Below, piece after piece: positions 37,370 through 45,801 of a DNA stretch of 53,474 nucleotides (the stretch's first letter is position 1; every line of letters starts with the position of its first letter). The translations under genes were made by a program, and so were the position numbers. Source of the stretch: Escherichia coli. GTDB lineage: Bacteria; Pseudomonadota; Gammaproteobacteria; Enterobacterales; Enterobacteriaceae. A model generated the notes under the pieces. It searched no databases. It was not told the origin of the DNA and worked only from the letters and a program-made list of their open reading frames with translations. The DNA is taken from the NCBI GenBank assembly GCA_017639185.1, contig GCA_017639185.1_4892.1; one strand, 5' to 3'.

Positions 37370-37836
37370 TGAGCGAGAAACTGACTTTTGTAACTGGTAA
37401 AGAAGAAGTTAACGGCGTACTGTATCCGGCAGCTGGTACTGGCGCACGTTACGTATGGGACCTGGCTGATAAAGCCCATGAAGAAGGCAAGTCCAGCTCT
37501 GATGTTATGGACGAAGTTGTTGCCACTACCGAAATGTCACGTGGTACTGTTTCTTCCCAGCTGACCTACTGGCGTAAAGCCACTGGTAAAGTTCTGGCTA
37601 AGCGTGTTGATACCGCTAAAGCAGAACGCGATGCTGCTAAAGCCGCTGAAAAACAGCGTAAAGCTGAAGAGCGTGCTCGCATCAAAGCTGAAAAAGCCGA
37701 AGCGAAAGCTGCTGAGCAGATTCGCAAAGCTGAAGAGAAAGCTGAAAAAGCTCGCCAGAAAGCAGAAGCTGCTAAAGCTGAAGCTGCTAAACTGGCTGGC
37801 GCGATCGAAGGCGACAACGTAGAAGTTGCTGAATAA
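37370..37836 (+). CDS. Lys/Ala/Glu-rich charged protein
   Basis: ATG 37370. C-terminal low-complexity KAEKAEAKAAEQIRKAEEKAEKARQKAEAAKAEAAK. Confidence 0.45.
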
Positions 37837-37852
37837 TAGCGCTGATCTGAAC

Positions 37853-37870
37853 GCACCTCTACGGAGGTGC
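37853..37870 (+). terminator. UACG-tetraloop hairpin (processing/stability element or weak terminator)
   Basis: GCACCTC-TACG-GAGGTGC, perfect 7-bp stem, 17 nt after the upstream stop. No U-tract. Confidence 0.4.
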
Positions 37871-38409
37871 ATTCAATGGACATCCTTACATCTCTCTTCT
37901 TATCAACAATCAATTAAGCCTGGTGTGTTGAAACAGTGAGGGTGTCCAGTGAATGCAGTTCAATTCTGCTCGCTGACCGAGATTTGGTAAAAGCCGTGAT
38001 GTGTGAGGTTCGATTCCTCCAACGCTGAAAAGGGTATTGGCTCGCTACCTTGACCCCAGGCGCCTGGCGTAGACGGCGGTCACAATTTTAGTTGTGGTGT
38101 TTTGGCGTATCTTTTTGACACCCGTCGGGTGCAGGTTATCCACAGTAACTCAGGTGCTAAGACACCACAACTAAGGTTGTACTCGCTGTGTGCTTTTGCC
38201 ACTACAACTGTGTGATAAGTGTAACGCTATATACTTTTCATGTGGTAAGAGCACACAGCAAGTAACGCATATGTGATTGGCTACTTGATGGTACCTCCTT
38301 TCTGACTCGTCGCGGGGATTAAGTCGGTCAGTCCTTTAGCCAATCTCATATGCGCTGCCTGGTTGCATAACTGCGATTCCTTGTATCTCCTTACGCCACC
38401 CTGCCAAAA

Positions 38410-38440
38410 GGACCAGTTAACGCTGGTCCTTTTTTATTTT
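38410..38440 (+). terminator. intrinsic terminator
   Basis: GGACCAG-TTAACG-CTGGTCC followed by TTTTTTATTTT. Confidence 0.7.
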
Positions 38441-38460
38441 ACCCGAAGCATAAAAAGTGC

Positions 38461-38490
38461 TTTACCACTAGAGAGTGATGTGGTATAATA
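38461..38490 (+). promoter_or_regulatory. candidate promoter TTTACCAC-N11-GTGGTATAAT
   Basis: Same architecture as 34841..34865. TATAAT at 38484..38489 with flanking TACCAC/GTGGTA inverted repeat. Confidence 0.5.
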
Positions 38491-38515
38491 AGTTATCTTT
38501 TAGAGGAGAGATACA

Positions 38516-38914
38516 ATGAATCTACAACGTGTCGCTGAAGCTTATTATAGAATTTGGATACTTCGTCTTGAAGGTCAAATTGACTACGTAAACACTGTCG
38601 GTCGTGAAGACTACCTGCCTGCATCCTCTTTCCATGAGGTATGTAACCTTGCTCAAACACTCGAGCATGAATTTGATAAGGTTAAATTTACACGCGAAGC
38701 GCAAAATAACTTTATCAAATTTGAAACAACCATGCGTTGCAAGTTCCCGTTTATCAAGCGTATATCTCGCACCGGCCTCTTCATTGTCCCCTTTCCTGTG
38801 GGTAAAGACCGTTGGGACATATTAGAGAAGGCCCGACATATAATCTGGTCTACTGAAACAAAACGTAAGTTTATCGAAACTGTTTGTAAGGAGTTAAGAA
38901 ATGCGATTCAGTAA
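38516..38914 (+). CDS. hypothetical protein
   Basis: 132-aa ORF with GGAGAG RBS. Confidence 0.5.
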   Translation: MNLQRVAEAYYRIWILRLEGQIDYVNTVGREDYLPASSFHEVCNLAQTLEHEFDKVKFTREAQNNFIKFETTMRCKFPFIKRISRTGLFIVPFPVGKDRWDILEKARHIIWSTETKRKFIETVCKELRNAIQ

Positions 38915-39494
38915 AATTGCTGCAGGCGTTACAGCTTTCCACGAGAAGTTTGACCTCAAGCCCATTAGTCAGGGCGGTAAGCCAGAGTTCAAGCTTCGCT
39001 ATGACCGTCTTATTGAGGAGATGGAAGAAATTAAACAAGCTAAGAAAGACGGCGACAAAGCTGGCTTCTTAGATGGTATTGTAGATTTAATTTACATTGC
39101 TGCAGGTACGTTATACCTGTATGACCAGACTGCATGGTTCACCAACGAATTTGAGTATCCGATTCTGTTAACTACGCCATGCGGATTTATGGACCGTTTC
39201 GATGCTGATGGCCTTATTGTATACGTTAAGGATACTGAAGACACTCATTGCGACCGTCTGGCCCAGTTAATTATCCACCTGATTACCTGGTGTGCAAACA
39301 ACAACTGGCCACTTGACGCAGCATGGGATGCGGTACAGGCTGCTAACATGGCGAAAGAACGCGCTAAGCCTGATGCAAGCAACAGCAAGCATAAGTCTAG
39401 TCAGGATATTGTTAAGCCTGAAGGATGGAAAGCACCTGACATCCAGGCCATTATCGACGCACACGTTAACCCGGCTCAAAAGGAACTGTTTTAA
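38901..39494 (+). CDS. all-alpha NTP pyrophosphohydrolase-like protein (MazG/dCTPase-like, tentative)
   Basis: EExxE-type acidic helix RLIEEMEEIKQAKKDGD and DGIVDLIYIAAG. Immediately upstream of the thymidylate-synthase-family gene. Confidence 0.35.
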   Translation: MRFSKIAAGVTAFHEKFDLKPISQGGKPEFKLRYDRLIEEMEEIKQAKKDGDKAGFLDGIVDLIYIAAGTLYLYDQTAWFTNEFEYPILLTTPCGFMDRFDADGLIVYVKDTEDTHCDRLAQLIIHLITWCANNNWPLDAAWDAVQAANMAKERAKPDASNSKHKSSQDIVKPEGWKAPDIQAIIDAHVNPAQKELF

Positions 39495-40378
39495 TGAAAA
39501 CATATAGCACTGTCGATTCTCTTTACAGCGACATCATTTCTTTTATCTTGCGTAAAGGCGAGGATGTTGTAGACCGTACAGGTGTTGGTACCCGCCGTTG
39601 TTTTGGTACGGCGTTTAAACTGGCTTTCAACGACAACAAACTGATGGTGCCGGTGTTTAAACCTGTTAACATCAAAGCTGTTGCTGCTGAGCTTTACTGC
39701 TTTATCAACGGCATTTCAAACGTCGACACGCTCAAAGGCTTTGGCTGCAACTGGTGGGAAGGTAACCTGCAGGACGCAAACAAACGTTGGGGTACGCCAG
39801 ACAACCGTGACCTAGGTCCTGTGTACGGCGTGCAGTGGATTAAGCCTTTCTATAAGAATGGTGTTCTCACTAACCAGCTTAAAGATGTTATTGAAACGCT
39901 GAAGGTTAAACCTACCGATCGCCGGGCGTACATTACGGCATGGAACCCACAAGAGATGGATGCTATGGCCCTTCCGCCTTGTTACCATGGTTTTCAGCTG
40001 TTCATTAACAACCGTAATGAATTAGAGCTGATGTTCCATATGCGTAGTGCGGACGTTATCCTTGGTCTGCCACATGACATCCTGCTTCATCAGATGTTGC
40101 AGATTACCATTGCTGCTGAGCTGGGTACTGGGGTAGGTGATATGACTGTTACGTTGGGTGACTATCACATCTATCAGAATCATATCGATGCGGCAAAGAT
40201 TTTCCTGCAACGTATCGTAAGCAATTCTGATACTACACTGGACACTAACTTTGAAGGTCGTCCTGACATTAACGCGATTTATGACGTGTCAGTATTTGAC
40301 TTCACTCCTGCCGATGTTGCGCCAATGGTTGAGAAGTACAAACCAATGCCAAACATCAAACTCCAAATGGCCGTATAA
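39494..40378 (+). CDS. thyA: thymidylate synthase family enzyme (ThyA-like; dUMP-type specificity Asn present)
   Basis: Motifs VDRTGVGTRR, DLGPVYGVQW, ALPPCYHGFQLF (catalytic Cys), GDYHIYQNH (Asn at specificity position). Residue after the catalytic Cys is Tyr, not the usual His. Confidence 0.65.
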   Translation: MKTYSTVDSLYSDIISFILRKGEDVVDRTGVGTRRCFGTAFKLAFNDNKLMVPVFKPVNIKAVAAELYCFINGISNVDTLKGFGCNWWEGNLQDANKRWGTPDNRDLGPVYGVQWIKPFYKNGVLTNQLKDVIETLKVKPTDRRAYITAWNPQEMDAMALPPCYHGFQLFINNRNELELMFHMRSADVILGLPHDILLHQMLQITIAAELGTGVGDMTVTLGDYHIYQNHIDAAKIFLQRIVSNSDTTLDTNFEGRPDINAIYDVSVFDFTPADVAPMVEKYKPMPNIKLQMAV

Positions 40379-40385
40379 GATGGAG

Positions 40386-40401
40386 CGGGGCTTCGGCCCC
40401 G
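40386..40401 (+). terminator. UUCG-tetraloop hairpin
   Basis: CGGGGC-TTCG-GCCCCG, same core as the hairpin at 33444. Confidence 0.4.
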
Positions 40402-40408
40402 TTATACT

Positions 40409-41404
40409 ATGAGCAAGTTTAACTATGACACCAAACAAATACAGATTGCCGTTCAACAAGCTCGTCCCATCAAGTATACTGATAGCGGTCTTATGGGCAA
40501 AATATGGATTGCAAACGAAACAATCCATTCATACTACAAGAACGTATTACTACGAGCGCCATGTAAAGGATTCCCAGACCTGCAAGTGGATGCTGAATCA
40601 TTTCGTAAGGCCGTTAATGCGGCAAGAACTGAACAGATTACTTTTAACATTACAGCCGCTGGAAACCTCACAGTCACAGCAGGCGTACTTAAAACAAGAA
40701 TGCAAGCGCTTAATGAACCAATACCGCCGCTTGCTACAGTTAACAACTGGTATTCAGCGCATGGCGAATTACTCCCGGTGCTAACTGCCCTGGCCAAATG
40801 GGTACCTAACGAAGCACCGCAGGTATGGGCAACATCTTTACTTTTGCGCGATGGTTATGCTTACGCCACTAACGGCAAGTATATGATACGCGAGAAGTTG
40901 AACGTAGATTTTGAATTTGAATGTGCCATAGCCAAGCCAATGCTTGAGGCCTTGGTTAAGCTGAAGATGGAACCCACAAGCGTAGGATATGCCCGCGGTC
41001 AGATGTTCTTCGGCTTTGCGGATGGCGTACAGATGGATGCTCCGGTACTCGCAGCCAAATGGCCAGACGTATCGAAGTTCTTCAATATGGAAATGGATAT
41101 GCAGGCCATCACTCCTGAATTCCTGGAAGTTATGGACCAGCTTACTGGGTATGACGAAGGTCAAGCCATTCTGGAGATAACAGGCGAGTCAACAGCAAAA
41201 GCAGATTTACCAGACAAGATTATTCCGAAGATGTCCGTCGACATTAAGTTCCAGTCGACTAAGTTTAGTAAACCGTTCAACTGTGTTATTAGTCAGATGA
41301 GTAAACTGGCTAAAGGCATGGAAAGAATAGGGCTTGGTAGTCAGGCGCTCAAAATGGAAAACTCAACTCGTACAGTTGTAATTGCGTATGTGAGAGGGGA
41401 CTGA
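40409..41404 (+). CDS. hypothetical protein preceding DNA polymerase
   Basis: 331-aa ORF. Stop overlaps the polymerase start. Confidence 0.45.
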   Translation: MSKFNYDTKQIQIAVQQARPIKYTDSGLMGKIWIANETIHSYYKNVLLRAPCKGFPDLQVDAESFRKAVNAARTEQITFNITAAGNLTVTAGVLKTRMQALNEPIPPLATVNNWYSAHGELLPVLTALAKWVPNEAPQVWATSLLLRDGYAYATNGKYMIREKLNVDFEFECAIAKPMLEALVKLKMEPTSVGYARGQMFFGFADGVQMDAPVLAAKWPDVSKFFNMEMDMQAITPEFLEVMDQLTGYDEGQAILEITGESTAKADLPDKIIPKMSVDIKFQSTKFSKPFNCVISQMSKLAKGMERIGLGSQALKMENSTRTVVIAYVRGD

Positions 41405-43371
41405 TGAGCTTTTTATTCGATAGCTTTGAAGGTGCAAAGAATGTTAAACCTATCAACCGTCCTATACCATACGTCAGGGATACTGGATGGCGGCCGCGCG
41501 CGCATTACCCGGATTTGTCTTCTGCGAAGATTATCGGTCTTGACTGTGAAACATACGACCCAGGGATGGATACAAATGGTAGTGGTTGGGCCAGGAGGGA
41601 AGGTCATATCGTTGGAGTTAGTATCGCTACGGACAATGGCTTCAAGGCTTACTACCCAATCAGACACGAGCTCGGCGAAGAGGATAACCTTCCAGCTGAG
41701 GAAGTACTTGGTTGGCTTCGGCTCGAACTCTCGCGACCTAACCAAGTTAAAGTCGGTGCTAACATCACATATGACTTGGGCTGGCTTGCAGCAGAAGGCG
41801 TGGAAGTCAAAGGATTGTGCATGGATGTACAATTCGCGGAAGCATTACTCGACCCAGGCGCGCGTGTTGCACTTGAAGGACTTGGACGAAAGTATGTAGG
41901 CGAAGGTAAAGACTCAGCTGAGATGTACCAATGGATTTCAGATGCTTATGGTTGTAAGCCAACAGGTGAAGCCAGAAAGTACATCTACAAAACACCTCCT
42001 CGTCTTGTGGGTTACTACGCTGAATCTGACGCCGACTTACCAATACACATTATCAAAGCCCAGTGGCCTTTGTTAAGTCGCTGGTGTTTAACAGACGTAT
42101 TCTATATGGAGTGCAAGCTCATTCCATTAATGCTTAAGATGCGTTTTGCAGGTGTGCGTGTTGACCTTGACAAAGCCAAAGAGGCGGATGATACGCTTAG
42201 CGCTGAAATAAGGAAAATGCACCAGCAGATTAAAGACCAGATTGGCTTTAACATTAACGTTAACTCCGGTCCTGATTTAGCACTTGCATTTGACCATTTA
42301 GGTCTGGAGTACTTCAAAACAGCGGCGGGTAATCCGTCGTTTACAGCGGACTTCTTAGCAGGCTTGCACCATCCGTTTGCGGAACTGGTGTCTGAGATTA
42401 AGTCTTATGAAAAAATCCAGTCCACGTTTATTCGTGGCTATATATTGGGGATGAATACAAATGGCTTCCTTCACGGTCAATTCCATCAAATGCGCGGTGA
42501 TGACGGTGGAACCGTTAGTGGTCGGTTTAGCTCATCTGACCCTAATCTACAGAATATACCGTCTCGACACAAAATACTGGGACCACTCCTTCGTGCTTGT
42601 TTCGTACCGGATGTCGGACACCGATGGGGATCAGCAGACTACGCCCAAATTGAATATCGATTCATGGCGCATTTTGCAGTCGGCCCGGGCGCTGATGAGT
42701 TACGAGCAATTTTCGCGGCTAACCCGGAAGCAGATTACCACAATGTTATGGTCGATATTATCAAGGAAGCCTCAGGTCACGTTATAGAGCGTAAACCGGC
42801 TAAGACCATCAACTTTGGTTTGTTGTACGGCATGATGCTTAATGCTCTTGCCCGTAAGTTAGCAATGACACCTGAAGAAGCAGAACCTGTTCTGAAGGCG
42901 TACCATCAGGGTGCACCATTCATTGGTGCTACCATGAAGCATTATGAAGATTTATGTTATAGCCAGGGGTATGTAGAAACCTTTATGGGCCGGAAAACGT
43001 GGTTCAACAAATGGGTCCCAAAACGTGGTGGATTCGGGAAGATGCCTTTGCCATTTGAAGAAGCACGTCAGGAGTATGGCCCAAACATTAAACTGGCAGA
43101 CACCCACAAAGCAATCAACCGAGTGCTGCAAGGGTCGTCAGCAGACCAGATGAAGTCTGCAATGCTGAAAGGGTATGAAGACGGTTACTTCGACGTGATT
43201 GGCGTGCCTCGCCTGACGGTACACGATGAGCTTAACTTCTCTCTACCAACTGGTAAGCAAGCAGAAGATGGATTCTACGATTTCGTACGGGTCATGGAAA
43301 CTGTGCTACCGCTTCGTGTACCTGTTCTTACTGATGCTAAGATAGAAAGTAACTGGGCAGAGGCGCACTAA
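41404..43371 (+). CDS. family A DNA polymerase with 3'-5' exonuclease domain
   Basis: Exo I IIGLDCETY. Pol motif A DYAQIEYRFMAHF, motif B RKPAKTINFGLLYGM, motif C VHDEL. Confidence 0.85.
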   Translation: MSFLFDSFEGAKNVKPINRPIPYVRDTGWRPRAHYPDLSSAKIIGLDCETYDPGMDTNGSGWARREGHIVGVSIATDNGFKAYYPIRHELGEEDNLPAEEVLGWLRLELSRPNQVKVGANITYDLGWLAAEGVEVKGLCMDVQFAEALLDPGARVALEGLGRKYVGEGKDSAEMYQWISDAYGCKPTGEARKYIYKTPPRLVGYYAESDADLPIHIIKAQWPLLSRWCLTDVFYMECKLIPLMLKMRFAGVRVDLDKAKEADDTLSAEIRKMHQQIKDQIGFNINVNSGPDLALAFDHLGLEYFKTAAGNPSFTADFLAGLHHPFAELVSEIKSYEKIQSTFIRGYILGMNTNGFLHGQFHQMRGDDGGTVSGRFSSSDPNLQNIPSRHKILGPLLRACFVPDVGHRWGSADYAQIEYRFMAHFAVGPGADELRAIFAANPEADYHNVMVDIIKEASGHVIERKPAKTINFGLLYGMMLNALARKLAMTPEEAEPVLKAYHQGAPFIGATMKHYEDLCYSQGYVETFMGRKTWFNKWVPKRGGFGKMPLPFEEARQEYGPNIKLADTHKAINRVLQGSSADQMKSAMLKGYEDGYFDVIGVPRLTVHDELNFSLPTGKQAEDGFYDFVRVMETVLPLRVPVLTDAKIESNWAEAH

Positions 43372-43386
43372 TTAAAGGTCTATGAT

Positions 43387-43662
43387 ATGTCTAATATAGG
43401 TTTAGAGTATAAGGTAGATGAAACGCTTAAGTTAAGGGCGAAGGAGATACTAGACGCCTCAGGCTGCACGTCAGGCCTGGACTGGTTTATGAAGATATTC
43501 CAGGAAGAACCAGAAGCTGTTGCCAAAAAGATTTACAAGAGCGATATTTTACGACAGGATATTCCTGTGCTGTGCTTCCAGATACGTGGCGAGGATGATT
43601 ACTGGACGCAACAGCTATGCGATGAATTAGAAACCCTGTATTGTGAAGAAGAGGGAAAATAA
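43387..43662 (+). CDS. hypothetical protein
   Basis: 91-aa ORF. Confidence 0.45.
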   Translation: MSNIGLEYKVDETLKLRAKEILDASGCTSGLDWFMKIFQEEPEAVAKKIYKSDILRQDIPVLCFQIRGEDDYWTQQLCDELETLYCEEEGK

Positions 43663-43886
43663 TGATTGAGTCTATGCGCACATCGGACATTACTGATATG
43701 GCTTCTGAAGCTGAACAAGTTGCCCGGGACGCAGCACTATCGAACCGAGTAAGATACACCGGAGTAAGCCCGCTGACGTGCTACCAGTGTGGGGAAGACA
43801 TTGAAGAAAAACGACGTCAGCTTTTACCCGGTACAGTGCTGTGTGCTGCATGTGCGCAGTATAACGAGCTGAAAGGAAAACGCTAA
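43662..43886 (+). CDS. TraR/DksA-family C4 zinc-finger protein
   Basis: CYQCGEDIEEKRRQLLPGTVLCAACAQ matches CxxC-N17-CxxC. Confidence 0.65.
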   Translation: MIESMRTSDITDMASEAEQVARDAALSNRVRYTGVSPLTCYQCGEDIEEKRRQLLPGTVLCAACAQYNELKGKR

Positions 43887-43891
43887 TAAAT

Positions 43892-43916
43892 AAAGGGGCC
43901 TTCACTCGGCCCCTTT
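43892..43916. terminator. bidirectional intrinsic terminator between convergent arms
   Basis: AAA-GGGGCC-TTCACTC-GGCCCC-TTT. Overlaps the last codons of the o-spanin gene. Confidence 0.7.
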
Positions 43917-44177
43917 GTTACTCCAGTTAATTATGCTGTCCATCTTGTCTGCACAATCATCAAGAGCTGTTCCGCGTTCAATAGCTAACTGACCTATTGC
44001 TTTCCAGGTGTTACCGGTTAATTCAGGCTTATGGCATTTAACCAAGTAGGCACCAGGCGGATAAACCTTGACTATCCTGTCAACATAAACAACTTCAGGT
44101 TTATCAGCGCATGAGGTCAAGAACGGCAGAAGGAGCAACGGTATTAGCGCACGAATCATCTTTTGTAGCTTCGTCAT
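43902..44177 (-). CDS. o-spanin (outer-membrane lipoprotein, Rz1-like)
   Basis: Signal peptide with lipobox MTKLQKMIRALIPLLLLPFLTSC. ATG 44177 with AGGAAAGG RBS. Overlaps the 3' end of the i-spanin gene in another frame. Confidence 0.65.
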   Translation of the reverse strand: MTKLQKMIRALIPLLLLPFLTSCADKPEVVYVDRIVKVYPPGAYLVKCHKPELTGNTWKAIGQLAIERGTALDDCADKMDSIINWSNKGAE

Positions 44178-44433
44178 ATTTACCTTTCCTGTCACGCAGT
44201 TGTTGCTCAAGCTCAGCTATCTTACTGGCGCGTTTGGCTGAAGCCTCACGCTCATCCTTTACGGAATTAATCAGCGTTTGATTAGCAGCAGACAATTCGC
44301 CATTAGTCTTGTTAAGCTGTTTGATTATACCGTCGCGGTCGGTAATATCGCCTTTCAGCTCACGTACCCACAAAGACAGGAACACAATGGCGAGGCCGAG
44401 AATAACTGCAATTATTGCACCGGTTTTAGACAT
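44104..44433 (-). CDS. i-spanin (Rz-like)
   Basis: N-terminal TM helix GAIIAVILGLAIVFLSLWV, then coiled-coil periplasmic domain. Downstream of the endolysin. Confidence 0.65.
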   Translation of the reverse strand: MSKTGAIIAVILGLAIVFLSLWVRELKGDITDRDGIIKQLNKTNGELSAANQTLINSVKDEREASAKRASKIAELEQQLRDRKGKYDEATKDDSCANTVAPSAVLDLMR

Positions 44434-44987
44434 AGCGCTTTTTCCTTTTGCTTACGTATTGTCAAGCCCCTGTACTTACCACCCATATCCCAGTCCGTTA
44501 TGCGGTTACACATTTCAGCCCAGTTTTGTTTACGAGCAGCAGTATATATTTTGGTAGGTGAACCATCCTTGTTCTTACGGAGTCTAGTGCAACCATGGTT
44601 AAATACCATAGAGGTCATGGCGCTGAACTGGTTGGTGTTCATGTCTTTACCGTGAAACCAGTCGTTAACACACTTTTCGGCCTCTTGAATATTCTTGACC
44701 CAGCGGTCAGCAATCTCCTGGTCTGTCAGGCCTTCGCGCCGTACAGCGGGCTCATCGCTGTAGATGCGGCTACCAATGCCAACTGTTAAGTAACCAGTAG
44801 GACATACATACGGGTTGCGCATACAACCTTCTGCATTACCGATTATTTCAAGACCTTCTTTATTAGTACGGACATGTGTACTCGTCATCGACAATACAAG
44901 CCCGATGATAGCCAGCACGCTGCAACCTCCTTTAGTCGCTGCTGATTTCAGACTCACGCAACACCTCTTCTTTCGATGCGACTTCAT
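44412..44987 (-). CDS. SAR endolysin (phage P1 Lyz-like lysozyme)
   Basis: N-terminal weakly hydrophobic Gly/Ala/Ser segment with Cys (KKRCCVSLKSAATKGGCSVLAIIGLVLSMTS). Blocks GLEIIGNAEGCMRNPYVCPTGYLTVGIG, FHGKDMNTNQFSAMTS, YRGLTIRKQKEKALCL resemble P1 Lyz as recalled from memory. Confidence 0.75.
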   Translation of the reverse strand: MKSHRKKRCCVSLKSAATKGGCSVLAIIGLVLSMTSTHVRTNKEGLEIIGNAEGCMRNPYVCPTGYLTVGIGSRIYSDEPAVRREGLTDQEIADRWVKNIQEAEKCVNDWFHGKDMNTNQFSAMTSMVFNHGCTRLRKNKDGSPTKIYTAARKQNWAEMCNRITDWDMGGKYRGLTIRKQKEKALCLKPVQ

Positions 44988-45192
44988 CCTCTATCGGCTT
45001 CTTACGATTGTAATAATCCGACATAATTTTGGTTCGCCGTGTTTGGTTATACGTAACAACAATCAGCATCACCAAGGAACTGAGTATACCGATAAGAGTA
45101 CCCCAATCACTTAGTGATAAAGTACTTACTGTTATTGTTACCCAAGCCACAAACTGACCAATAAGGGAAGACTTGTCGTTGTAGTCAAACAT
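44932..45192 (-). CDS. holin (two-TMD, pinholin-like)
   Basis: ATG 45192 with GGAG RBS. Translation MFDYNDKSSLIGQFVAWVTITVSTLSLSDWGTLIGILSSLVMLIVVTYNQTRR... Two hydrophobic helices and a charged C-terminus. Overlaps the endolysin start. Confidence 0.6.
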   Translation of the reverse strand: MFDYNDKSSLIGQFVAWVTITVSTLSLSDWGTLIGILSSLVMLIVVTYNQTRRTKIMSDYYNRKKPIEDEVASKEEVLRESEISSD

Positions 45193-45226
45193 CCCATATC
45201 TCCGGTTTATTGTATACCCAGAGTGG

Positions 45227-45236
45227 ATTATAGCAC
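45227..45236 (-). promoter_or_regulatory. extended -10 promoter (TGCTATAAT) upstream of the lysis cassette
   Basis: Minus-strand GTGCTATAAT about 35 nt upstream of the holin ATG, just downstream of the tfa terminator. Confidence 0.45.
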
Positions 45237-45244
45237 GACTCAAG

Positions 45245-45288
45245 CGTAAAAGAAACACTACCAGCAACTGCACAAGCTTGCTGGTAGC
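45245..45288 (-). terminator. intrinsic terminator after tail fibre assembly genes
   Basis: 10-bp stem CTACCAGCAA / TTGCTGGTAG (45258..45267, 45279..45288), then a U-rich run on the minus strand. Confidence 0.6.
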
Positions 45289-45294
45289 AATTAG

Positions 45295-45798
45295 TTACGG
45301 TCGTATAGGCCAGTCGATATGCGGCGCATCTGACATAACAAGCAGCAACAAATCGGCACGGAATTTATGGAGAGCGATAATACGTTCCTCATCTTCTTCA
45401 GTGTCGAGTTGTCCTTCAACCCAAGCCTGTTCTTCCTGCAGGCGTTCTTCTGCAATCACCTTCTGCAGTTCAGAGTGCTTAACAAACTTGCCATTAACGT
45501 ACGACCATTCGTAATAGCAATCCGCAAACTTAGCAACAGGGACAGACTCAACAATATGCAAATCGCAATTAACAGGAAACAGTAGCGTAGGATCGTTAGC
45601 ATACGCGGCAACAGCATTGTACTTGTCCACAACAATGTAATGAACCAGCTCTTTATTCTTAGCCAGCTCTTTAGCCAGCTTGCGCCAGTCATTACCATTG
45701 TTATCCTTGATGAATACAACGCCTTGCTTAATCAGCGGAAGTGTCTCCGCTGTCCTTTGTGGGTTGTATTCTGTAAAGTTGAAAAATGACAGTTGCAT
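45295..45798 (-). CDS. tail fibre assembly protein (Tfa-like), paralog 2
   Basis: N-terminal half similar to the adjacent paralog. C-terminus DTEEDEERIIALHKFRADLLLLVMSDAPHIDWPIRP fits the lambda Tfa C-terminal pattern. Confidence 0.6.
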   Translation of the reverse strand: MQLSFFNFTEYNPQRTAETLPLIKQGVVFIKDNNGNDWRKLAKELAKNKELVHYIVVDKYNAVAAYANDPTLLFPVNCDLHIVESVPVAKFADCYYEWSYVNGKFVKHSELQKVIAEERLQEEQAWVEGQLDTEEDEERIIALHKFRADLLLLVMSDAPHIDWPIRP

Positions 45799-45801
45799 GG
45801 T

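Noticed and set aside
37537-37913. Minus-strand ORFs 37537..37872 and 37566..37913
   Set aside because: Antisense to the Lys/Ala/Glu-rich gene. Generated by the repetitive GCT/GAA codon pattern.
38004-38028. tRNA gene suggested by the GGTTCGATTCC T-arm motif
   Set aside because: I could not find a 5' acceptor strand complementary to AACGCTG at the required distance, nor a D-arm or anticodon arm. Kept only as part of the noncoding-region finding.
39494-40378. dCMP hydroxymethylase instead of thymidylate synthase
   Set aside because: The specificity position carries Asn (dUMP-type) and a DHFR-like gene is present. A dUMP hydroxymethylase remains possible and is raised as a finding.
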